In this document: piece after piece, positions 49,380 to 60,199 of the stretch
Numbering within the stretch: the stretch's first letter is position 1
Layout of the letters: every line of letters starts with the position of its first letter
Assembly (NCBI RefSeq): GCF_001194135.2
Contig: NC_068986.1
Span: forward strand, 103,189,384-103,253,383
DNA: 64,000 bases
Direction: 5' to 3'
DNA from: Octopus bimaculoides
Taxonomy: Eukaryota
Translations under genes and position numbers: made by a program
The notes under the pieces: generated by a model
Database searches by the model: none
What the model saw: only the letters and a program-made list of their open reading frames with translations
Told to the model about the DNA's origin: nothing

Positions 49380-50262
49380 AATAGGAATAGGCCCGAAATT
49401 TTGTAGGGAGCAGATAATCGATCACATCGATTCTAGCCCTCAATTGGTAGTTATTTTATCGAAATCGAAGGAAACAAAGACGAAGTTGGCGTCGGGGATA
49501 TTGGAATTCAAACCGTAAGTAGAGAAGCTATGCTGCTAAGCATTTGCTTTTCTACTCTAGGCACAAGGCCTGAAATTTTGGGGGAAGGGGCCAGTCGATT
49601 ACATCGACCCCAGTATGCAACTGGTACTTAATTTATTGACCCCGAATGTACGAAAGGCAAAGTCGATTTCAGCGGAATTTGAACTCAAAACGTAAAGACA
49701 GACGAAATAAAAATAAAAGTGATAAATGCACCCTTTTAAAGCCTAGCCAGGCTCATGGGCCGGTTTCCCGGTTTCACTGGCGTACGTGCTCCACAGCCGG
49801 ACGGGACGCCAGTCCATCGCAGCGTTACTCATTTTTGCCAGCTGAGTGGACTGGAGCAACGTGAAATGAAGTGTTTTGCTCAAGAACACAACGCGTCGCC
49901 CAGTGCAGTAATCGAAACCACAATCTTACGAACTTAGTGCTGACACCCTAACCACTAAGCCACGCGTCTCCACAAAGACAAGCGAAATACCACTAAACAT
50001 TTCGCCAAGCATGTTAACGCTTTTTATTTCTTTATTGCCCACAGACAAGGGGATAAACATAGAGAAAACAAACAAGGACAGACAAACGAATTAAGTCGAT
50101 TACATCAACCCCAGTGCGTAACTGGTACTTAATTTATCGACCCCGAAAGGATGAAAGGCAAAGTCGACCTCAGCGAAATTTGATCTCAGAACACAAAGAC
50201 AGACGAAATACCGCTAAGCATTTCGCCCGGCGTGTTAACGTTTTTGCCAGCTCTCCGCCTTA
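49380..50262 (-). mobile_element. Cluster of SINE A copies (about 49380-49545; 49548-50020 interrupted by SINE D; 50022-50262 full length)
   Basis: Repeated ATCGACCCCAGT..AACTGGTACTT..ATCGACCCCGAAAGGATGAAAGGCAAAGTCGA motifs; head GCCAGCTCTCCGCC at about 50247-50260. Confidence 0.85.
49710..49973 (-). mobile_element. Full-length tRNA-derived SINE family D nested in SINE A
   Basis: Reverse complement GTGGAGACGCGTGGCTTAGTGGTTAGGGTG...GGTTTCGATT...CTTGAGCAAAACAC...GCTGCGATGGACTGGCGTCCCGTCC...GAAACCGGGAAACCGGCCC. 16-bp TSD AAAGACAGACGAAATA/AAAGACAAGCGAAATA at 49694-49709 and 49974-49989. Confidence 0.88.
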
Positions 50263-50499
50263 AATGTTGCTAAGCATAATGCCTGGCGCGTTAAGGACTC
50301 AGCAAGCTCGCGCCTTGGGTATATGCATTATATCATAATTCATGTATATCATGTAAATAGAAATTTGGTAAAACATACAGAGAAATAGAATTGAACACAA
50401 GGGCAAATAATGAGTACATCATAGTGAGTATAGAATATATGAGTATAAAAATCGATAAGTATCTTTATATTGAGTGACTTGACAGACACACACAAATAC

Positions 50500-50531
<32 letters not shown>

Positions 50532-50634
50532 GGAGAGGGAGANNNNNNNNNNNNNNNNNNNNNNNNNNNNNNNNNNNNNNNNNNNNNNNNNNNNNNNNNN
50601 NNNNNNNNNNNNNNNNNNNNNNNNNNNNNNNNNN

Positions 50635-50671
<37 letters not shown>

Positions 50672-51094
50672 CGATGAAGATGCATACATACACATTTATG
50701 TGTCTGTGTATACCTGTATAAACAAGTGTGTGTGTGTGTGTGTGTTAGAGATGGTTTTCATTTGTGTGTGTCTCTGTTTGTTTGTGAGAATTCTAAGTAT
50801 GCGTTCATTTATTCTTGTAAACTTCTTGAAAGAATAACTTGTTAATCTTTCAAATGCACCAAATGACAGTCTGTTTTAGGTGATGTAAAACAACAATTAC
50901 ATGGACAATTATTATAAATAGAAAATGTTAAATCTTAAAATGTGAAATATTAAATTTCTAAATGAAGTAAGAATCTAAAAGTAAACAGAGATTTTAATTT
51001 TTTTCGTTTGTAGCTTATAACCATAAATTTTCCGACATGTTCATTTGCGAATCTGTATATTTAATAACATTCATATAAATTTGTTTCCATATGT

Positions 51095-51290
51095 GCAGTG
51101 TTATGGCTTTCATTTTTTACTTATTTCAATCATTTGGACTGCGGCCATGCTGGGGCAACGTATTGAAGCGATTTAATCAAACAGAGCGACCCCTTGTACT
51201 TATATTTTAAGACTGGAATTTATTGCTTTTCGTTTGTCGAGCAGGTGAATTACAGGGACGCAAATAAGCAAACGCCGTTTGACTAAGACT
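51095..51290 (-). mobile_element. SINE B 3' part
   Basis: TTTCAATCATTTGGACTGCGGCCATGCTGGGGCA...TGAATTACAGGGACGCAAAT. Confidence 0.7.
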
Positions 51291-51473
51291 GAGAGATACA
51301 AACCATGCACGTAAAAGTGAACACACGCAAACAGATAAATAGATGGATAGATAAATAGACAGACAGACAGATGGATAGGTATGTAGGCTGGATGGATGGA
51401 TGGGTAGGTAGGTAGGTAGGTAGGTAGGTAGGTAGGTAGGTGGGTAGGTAGATAGATAGATAGATAGAGAGAG

Positions 51474-51535
<62 letters not shown>

Positions 51536-51578
51536 ACAGAGAAAGAGATAGAAAGATCTACAGATAGACATACATACA

Positions 51579-51611
<33 letters not shown>

Positions 51612-51654
51612 GCATACATACATATATGCATACATACATATATGCTTATATACA

Positions 51655-52288
51655 TAATAAGAAGCCATAGTATGGTAGAACCCATAGCTACTCATAATAA
51701 AAAGGAGTTCCAGTGAAGACCTCAATGAAATGTAAGGACAACAGACCTGACATAATGATTAGGGATAGAGAAGAGAAACTGTGTGCAGTTGTGGAAATTA
51801 GCTGCCCAGCGGATGTTAACATAAAGCTGAAGATCAGTGAAAAAGAGAACACCTACGCTGAACAATTAAGAAATTTGTAGTTACTCTATCAAGGCTACAG
51901 ACTTAGGTTTATACCAGTAATTATTGGGGGCCTGGGATATGTAACACTGCATAAATGCCAATCTGGATAAATTAGGCTTCTCAAAACCGGAAAGGAGAAA
52001 GCTAATTCGAAGACTACTGATCCAATTCATCTCTAGAACTGTAAAAATCAGTAAAACTTCCCAGTTTATCATTTTAGATATGTATGATCATGTCTAGATA
52101 TGCAAATCTATGCATGACAATGCATGCATAATGCAAAACATACAAATCTGCACACATACATACATACATAGAAACAAAAATACCCTGTTGATGTTGAAAT
52201 TCCAATGAAGGAGCCTTGAACCTACGTTAGAAACCGACTTTTTTTATTATTGGTAAGAAATCTTCGAATAAAACAAAACAATGACATA
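51655..52288 (+). mobile_element. 3' fragment of an RLE-clade (R4/NeSL-type) non-LTR retrotransposon: PD-(D/E)xK endonuclease plus 3'UTR, embedded in (CATA)n
   Basis: From 51710: PVKTSMKCKDNRPDIMIRDREEKLCAVVEISCPADVNIKLKISEKENTYAEQLRNL*LLYQGYRLRFIPVIIGGLG. This matches the RLE signature RPD-x-E-x-K-Y...IPxIIGxLG. Flanked by CATA-rich repeats on both sides. Confidence 0.85.
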
Positions 52289-52758
52289 CAAAAAAACATA
52301 TATACGTGCATGTATATCTTGCATACATGCATACATAAATACATAAATATATACTTACATACATGTATCCACATATACATAAATACATACATACATGTAT
52401 TCATGCATGCATACATAAATAATACCTACATACATGCACGTATGCATACATACACACGTAGATACATACATACATACATACATACATACATACATACATA
52501 CATACATACATACATAAATTCATACGCACATACAAACTATATTCATACAAAAATAGTGCTAGGGTCTATAATAGAAGACATTTGCCCAAGGTGCTGACCA
52601 CTGGAACTTCATCTGGAACCTCGTAGCTGCATAGCGAATTCCTTCAACACACAGCCACATGTTTTTATTCGTTATGTGTTCACTCAGTAAATGGATCCTT
52701 TATATAACAATGAATATGCAGAAGTAAAACTAACGTTTGACAGAATTGCATACAATAT

Positions 52759-53290
52759 GGATCTATTTTAAAACGGGGGCCACATTTTTCATTAATGTTT
52801 TACGTAGTGTTTTTGGTACCGAAAGACTTTCAAACTTCGTATACTTATCTATTTTGTGTTATAGAACAGAAAAATATTTTTGTATTCGAATTTATTTCAT
52901 GTAAAAAATTGTCTTATTTCGATAATTTCAACCAATCACTGACAAGTATTCAGTTGTTTACATTTCCTCCTTTGGTTTAAAGCGTATTTAATCTCCATAC
53001 CTTCGTTTTATTTGCTTTTTTTCATTTTAAATTTGCTTTAACCCTAACCCTAACCCTAACCCTAGGGTTAGGGTTAGGGTTAATTGTTTCAGAATCGTTT
53101 GTTTATGTAGTCGGCACTTAACGTATATCGGCTGAATGGACGTCAGTGATTGGTGCAATAACTTCTGGATTTCTTTTTTTTTTAAGAAGACTAAGAGAAA
53201 AAGATGTTTTATATGACACATTGTACCAGTGTTCCAAGTTTCAAAGTGTTTCGTTAATGAAAAATGTGGCCCCCGTTTTAAAAAAGATCC
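52759..53290. mobile_element. Merlin-like MITE with central telomeric palindrome; copy 2, inverted relative to copy 1
   Basis: GGATC...GATCC ends; perfect 8-bp TSD TACAATAT at 52751-52758 and 53291-53298; (CCCTAA)n-CCCTAGGG-(TTAGGG)n at about 53038-53082. Colinear with the reverse complement of 25693-26284 apart from two short deletions. Confidence 0.93.
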
Positions 53291-55111
53291 TACAATATAT
53301 TTGGATATCCCTTATATAATTTAGTTTGCTAGAAGACATCCACGAAGTGAAATTAATCCTGCGATTAGTATTCAAAGCAACTAACTATTATGATTCTCCG
53401 TTGCATTTTACTGACAAGGCATTTATGCAATAGTTGTGCTGAATGCTCAGTTCATCAACCAGCCTTGAAATTCACCTCACGCCTTGCAGCTAATTAGCAA
53501 GCAAGATTCTTACACACTATACCGTCAGCTTCCCTCGTGCATAAATATACAAGGGTAGGACAAAGTAATGGAAACACCACGTTTATTTGGTCCACCCCGA
53601 CTTATAGTAGAACACAACGAAGATGTCATGATGTGAGACCAAACCAGAAGTCATGGGGCTGGAGTTCAAACTTTTGACCAAACAACTATGTCTGCGCCTA
53701 TGCTAAATTTCACAATTTAACGAGTATTCACTATTTAGCGAGTATATAACGAACGGGAAGATTTTCTCGCAATTTTATAGTTTATAACTAGCGCAACAAA
53801 TAAATATAAAGCCGAGATAACATACTTTAAGCCGCCAGAACCAGACTACGAAAGTATGCTGGGAAATTCAATCTTTCGATGATGATTAATGCTACACAAT
53901 GATGCAGGTGATTCGCTTGAGGATTGTATGATGTTATGGGGGCTGAAAATATATCACACTGTAGACGGGTAATGTAATTTCTGGTATGAATATAAATGAA
54001 AGTAGTAAAATGTATTGTGAATGGTAAATACACAAAAGAGGAGCCTCCAGCACATCTGAACAAATGGTTCATAATAACCGTTAATTCTCTAATTTATCTG
54101 ATCATAGTTTTTGAACAGAGATTTATTTTGAGACTTGGCTTCCATAGTTATTTCATTTGAAATGTTATTGATTATTATTTTATTTTTTTTTGTGTGTGTG
54201 TGTTCGTGTCACTAATTTGATATTTTTCTCTCTTTTGTATGTATAAATAGATTCACTATAGAAGTAAGAGTCGATATACAACTTGTCTACCTACTAGAAA
54301 TAACAACCAAATCTCTCTTAAATGTACCCATACCCACATTGGCACGTTCGTTGATGTAGAAAACACACATGTCATAGATACCACTGAAAACGGTATTATT
54401 CTGGATAGAGAGGTAATGGCCGGAATGGATTTGCTGATAATGTGTATCTTCTCTTATTGAAGTTTACATTGGCGTTAAACAAATTAACAACGGCAGGATA
54501 GATAAAAGGTAATAACATAAGTGTGACTTGAAAGATGGAGACACGTTTCTGCCAAACTAAGCCCTTACTATTGTTATCGGCGTCTCCTTTAACGACCTAT
54601 CTCGATAATAATTGTTCAGTATAGTTCAATTAGAAGTGTGTTACAAAACACACTAATCAGAGAAGCCGGATTGAAACACGTTCTGCTTAGCTATTTGAAA
54701 TTCTAATACATTAATGAATAATTGGAAGAATCGACGAAACCAATCAGTCTCGGAGGAATTTCATTGAGCAAGGAACTGACAGAAATTGCTGCAATGTGAA
54801 TGATAAGAACGTGAGTGGTTGGAATAGAAATTGATATTATTAACAAGAACAAATTCAAGTATAGGTGGATGAGAAATGCATACTGCACTCTGACTATGAA
54901 AGAAGATATCTGTCTTAATAGCATTCAGTCTCTTTATCTTTTTAGCAATTTATCTTCCCTTTACTTATGCTTCTGTCTTTTTATTTCACTCTCCCTATCT
55001 CTCTCGTCCTCTCTCTCGTGGGATATGTGTGTATGTGTTTGTGTGTTTATGTATGTACATATACATGTATAGATAGGTATGTATATGTATATAAATATAT
55101 CAAAATAAATA

Positions 55112-55204
<93 letters not shown>

Positions 55205-55233
55205 GTGTGTGTATATATATATGTGTGTGTGTG

Positions 55234-55287
<54 letters not shown>

Positions 55288-55699
55288 CATGCGTATAGAT
55301 ACATATACCCATGTGTGTAAGCAATTATGCACTTATACTTGCGGAAACTTTTACATGTATGTATTTATGTGTGTGTGTGTGTGTGTGTGCGTGCGTGCGT
55401 GTACGTGTGTAAGTATGTGTTTATTTGTGTATTGATTTTCGTCTCGATAGATTGGTTGGAACTACTTAGTTTCCTAACCGTCGCAGTATTGCTAACAGAG
55501 TTTCTTGTCATCTTTACCAAAAGTTTTATTATTTGTTCTCAATGCTTGCTTTAAGCATACACACATGAATGCTTGTGGTGGATATACCCATGCACACGAT
55601 GATTATTGAGAAAGTAATGCGAAAGTTGACATGACATTTTTATTAACTGATGCAACCGTTCAAATGACACACCTTCGTCCATTAGTCTTCCTCTATTGT

Positions 55700-56200
55700 A
55701 ATTCTTGCTTCTTGTTCTTTCTTCAAGGCAAACCAGGGACTTGAAGGTAAAGCGACGTGCCTTTATTGGGTTCTTGAAGGGGGAGTATAGTCTGTCCGGT
55801 ATCCATACAAAGCTGAAGGCTGTTGGCAGAGATGACACAATGAACAGTATTGAAGACAGACCATGCAATCATCTGCGTCCACTGATACGAATAGCCAGCG
55901 ACTGGAAGAGCTGCTTACCTTAGACACACAGTTCACAATCTTACGCTCAGTGCGTATCAAATCGGTACATCAGCAGTGAACGCACGATTTCAAGGAGAAC
56001 AGGAGAAATATACTCTGATCTGCTGGAGACGTTTGAAACTAAGGAAAGCATGTATTTACTCCCCATCTGGTGAGAGGGGATATAATGCAACTGCATTTTC
56101 ATGAAAGAAAATGTAGACTCCATCCACTGAATTGTTTTACACCTCCACTCCAAAACATAGAAGGAACAAGAGTTAGCGATTCGTATGAAAAATCATGGCA
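55700..56200 (+). mobile_element. Highly decayed mariner transposase N-terminal remnant
   Basis: RRAFIGFLKGEYSLSGIHTKLKAVGRDDTM..IEDRP resembles the mariner HTH pattern (EIH..L..VYGDD..EDEPRSGRP). The rest is badly degraded. Confidence 0.4.
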
Positions 56201-56528
56201 CTCTTTCAGGATCACAAGGACGTAATTCACATTCATGTTCTAGAACAGCGAATATTATCTTAAGACATTCTGAAAACTTAGCAGAGATATTAGAGAGAAG
56301 AGAACGAACGAGTATACGCACTAACTGATTAACTACAGGGTTTAGTATAAGTGTCTCCGGTTTCTATTTTCTACCTAAAACATTATTGTATTTTTTGAAA
56401 CATTTTGTTCGAAGAACACATATACTGGATTAGTGATATTGTGGGGCATCCAATTGTTCCAGTAATTGAAACCAGTAAAGATCAACAACGTGGACTACAC
56501 ATATACAAAGATGCATAATAAATATATC

Positions 56529-56616
<88 letters not shown>

Positions 56617-56980
56617 NNNNNNNNNNTGTGTGTGTGTGTGTATGTATATATATATATATATATATATACATGTGTTTCTGTGTACATGTTTATATTTGAA
56701 TGCATGTATAAGAATCGTTCTATTTCACACTCTCTTTTAATACGGTAGGTACATGACAGACAGATAGATAGATAGATAGATAGATAGTTACATAGATAGA
56801 TAGATAGATAGAGAGAGAGAAACAGATGCCTATATGCATAAATGCACACATATATATATGTATACATATATGAGTATACATAGATAGGTACTTACATGTG
56901 TGTATGTATATGTATTATATATGGTATATCTTATATACATATATGTATGCACGACTGCTACAATTGAAGTTAGAGATCTA

Positions 56981-57064
56981 TACGAGGGACTGATGAAAAG
57001 TTACTGACTTTGGGCAAAAGGAAATACAGAAGGATCAGTTAAATATGATATTATGGAACATGTT
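56981..57064 (+). mobile_element. Mariner-type TIR or MITE end, truncated by an assembly gap
   Basis: TACGAGGGACTGATGAAAAGTTACTG resembles the TA-CGAGGG...AAAAGT mariner terminus. Confidence 0.55.
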
Positions 57065-58179
57065 NNNNNNNNNNNNNNNNNNNNNNNNNNNNNNNNNNNN
57101 NNNNNNNNNNNNNNNNNNNNNNNNNNNNNNNNNNNNNNNNNNNNNNNNNNNNNNNNNNNNNNNNNNNNNNNNNNNNNNNNNNNNNNNNNNNNNNNNNNNN
57201 NNNNNNNNNNNNNNNNNNNNNNNNNNNNNNNNNNNNNNNNNNNNNNNNNNNNNNNNNNNNNNNNNNNNNNNNNNNNNNNNNNNNNNNNNNNNNNNNNNNN
57301 NNNNNNNNNNNNNNNNNNNNNNNNNNNNNNNNNNNNNNNNNNNNNNNNNNNNNNNNNNNNNNNNNNNNNNCACTGGAAAAGTAGATATAAGATTGCCAGG
57401 ATTTTGTCTCTCTCACCAGGGTCAGTGGCTGTCGAACGCCGACGAAGGGAAATAACCCTGAAATCCGGATCCGTTCGTGCTACAGATCATGGTGAGAGGG
57501 ATAACTTCCCTTGGCAAACAGGACACAGTCGTGTGTCGATAAGCCAGCTGTAGGAGATGTCCTCCTGGGGCTAAAAGCAACAGTAACATCCACCCCTAGG
57601 GGTCAGCCACACTTAAGTGGCAATATACTACACTTTATCGTGCAGTTACTGTTAATACTTCATTTAGAGAATTGACATTTATATATATATACATATACAT
57701 ATAAGCTTTAAGCTTATAAAAAATACCATTATTATTATTCACAGAATTGTAAAACTCGGCAACCATATATAAATATATATATACATATAAGGTGTATTGA
57801 AGACCTATATAGCAGGCAATTATCTGTTTATATATTGATCTATGATGCAATTCATTAATCGAATTATCGATATTATTTCTAGCTCATTTTTTCCTTCCAA
57901 TATTTTTCGTATATTTTTTTCTCTGTCTTCAATACTTTCTTCCTGTGTTAATACTTTATCTCTCCCTACTCCTTTTGCACCTCTCTCATCCTGTCTACTT
58001 TGGTATCTGTTCTTCTGTCTATCTTTCGATTTATTCACCTCTTTATTAATCTACCTATTTATCTGAAACCTTCTGTCATAGTAACTACTATTCATCCTCT
58101 GCAATTTTCATAATTTTCACACGTGCACATCACTTTTACGAATTTTGTATGTCAGCCGTCGAACTCTTTGTTCCATATG

Positions 58180-58330
58180 CACCGGTGGAAAGTAGCTTGC
58201 TTACCAACCACATGGTTCCGGATTCGGTCTCACTGCGTTGCACCTTGAGCTAGTGTCTTCTACTATAGCTTCGGACCGAACAAAGCCTTCTGAGTGGATT
58301 TCATAGGTGGAAACTAAAAGAAGCCCGTCA
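58180..58330 (+). mobile_element. SINE B head and core followed by (AT)n and a gap
   Basis: AGTAGCTTGCTTACCAACCACATGGTTCCGGATTCGGTCTCACTGCGTTGCACCTTGAGC..GTGTCTTCTACTATAGC...GAAACTAAAAGAAGCCCGTC. Confidence 0.9.
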
Positions 58331-59060
58331 TATATATATATATATANNNNNNNNNNNNNNNNNNNNNNNNNNNNNNNNNNNNNNNNNNNNNNNNNNNNNN
58401 NNNNNNNNNNNNNNNNNNNNNNNNNNNNNNNNNNNNNNNNNNNNNNNNNNNNNNNNNNNNNNNNNNNNNNNNNNNNNNNNNNNNNNNNNNNNNNNNNNNN
58501 NNNNNNNNNNNNNNNNNNNNNNNNNNNNNNNNNNNNNNNNNNNNNNNNNNNNNNNNNNNNNNNNNNNNNNNNNNNNNNNNNNNNNNNNNNNNNNNNNNNN
58601 NNNNNNNNNNNNNNNNNNNNNNNNNNNNNNNNNNNNNNNNNNNNNNNNNNNNNNNNNNNNNNNNNNNNNNNNNNNNNNNNNNNNNNNNNNNNNNNNNNNN
58701 NNNNNNNNNNNNNNNNNNNNNNNNNNNNNNNNNNNNNNNNNNNNNNNNNNNNNNNNNNNNNNNNNNNNNNNNNNNNNNNNNNNNNNNNNNNNNNNNNNNN
58801 NNNNNNNNNNNNNNNNNNNNNNNNNNNNNNNNNNNNNNNNNNNNNNNNNNNNNNNNNNNNNNNNNNNNNNNNNNNNNNNNNNNNNNNNNNNNNNNNNNNN
58901 NNNNNNNNNNNNNNNNNNNNNNNNNNNNNNNNNNNNNNNNNNNNNNNNNNNNNNNNNNNNNNNNNNNNNNNNNNNNNNNNNNNNNNNNNNNNNNNNNNNN
59001 NNNNNNNNNNNNNNNNNNNNNNNNNNNNNNNNNNNNNNNNNNNNNNNNNNNNNNNNNNNN

Positions 59061-59497
59061 TAAGGGATCAAAAATCTAGATCATGGCTAGGAGATAGAGT
59101 TTATGCAAAGTAGCCGCCCTCTGTCCCCACCTTGCGCTCATGACGACTCCGGAACCTGGCTCATGTGTTCTCCACTGTATCTCTGAAATGATCTTCGAAC
59201 ACCTCCTTGATCTTCGCCACCAGTTCGCCCTTCATGTCACAGGCAGAGAGGTTGGTGTCTCTCTCAACAGCGCACCGAACATCGCTATCCAAAAGTTCGG
59301 GCTGATAGATTCATCACGATACAGTTAACTCTTTTCCTGCATTCTAATGACTTCCAATCCTTGTCAGCAAATGTTTCTTCCAGCACTACGTTAATCTTTA
59401 TGTCCTCCAACGCCGTTGACTGTTCACCAAGTTAAGTTTTTTAAGTTGTTCCTGAAAAAAGGGAATACAAGTAATCGGCAAATTCAGCCTGAACACT
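59061..59497 (-). mobile_element. Short internally deleted maT derivative
   Basis: Minus strand: ADKDWKSLECRKRVNCIVM (N-terminus) fused to DVRCAVERDTNLSACDMKGELVAKIKEVFED...RFRSR.E..VGTEGGYFA*. Leader AACGCCGTTGACTGTTCACC matches AACACCGTTGACTTTTCACC at about 42907. Confidence 0.75.
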
Positions 59498-60166
59498 GTG
59501 CATGTACACATTGTATATATAAATATATACACACTCACATACAATAAGATATTATAACGATAAATTAATATTATGATATATTAAACACGTTATGTAGCTA
59601 AATCAATTAAAAACCAAAAAGGAAGAGTACATAAATAATCCTGCAAACAGCACCTAAAATTGCTAGAAATAAGTGCTCGAATACAATAAGAGCTTTTCTT
59701 TCTAGTAATTGTNNNNNNNNNNCAGATGTCAGTATAAAGACACACACACACACACACATTCACTCACACATAAACATACATGCATACATCAATACTTACG
59801 TCAATATACACACATAATTACGTACAAATATACATAGGGACATTTGCAATCAGCTTCGTACAAAATCTATGCACAGAGATGTAATGACCATATCTAATAC
59901 TTGTGTCATTAGAAAGCGTAGAGAATTGTCAAGTTGTGGATGTTAAGTTAGTTTTATTGATAAACATGATTGGCTGTCTGCTAGTCTCTTTGTCTCTCTA
60001 TGAAATACTGCATTGACCTCTTCATCTAATAGCATGGGAGACTGACGGCCAATTAATGTGTTTACCTCTTGCTTAACTGAACATATTTTTCCAGTCAACA
60101 GATATTTTCACATTAGAATGTAAGATATTCACACTCAGAAACAATATATATTCAGTGTATACTGAC

Positions 60167-60199
<33 letters not shown>

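Noticed and set aside
52198-52240. Hammerhead-like motif CCAATGA...GAAAC in the RLE element 3'UTR
   Set aside because: The core deviates from CUGANGA at catalytically essential positions and no convincing helices form.
53568-53600. Tc1-like TIR start (TACAAGGGTAGGACAAAGTAATGGAAACAC)
   Set aside because: No matching opposite TIR or transposase motif was found nearby.
54290-54460. Exon-like frame FVDVENTHVIDTTENGIILDRE|GTAATG
   Set aside because: The upstream CTACTAGAAATAACAACCAAATCTCTC resembles a dispersed-repeat motif (a similar GCAGTCAAATCTACCTCAAATC is at about 61095), and the acceptor is poor.
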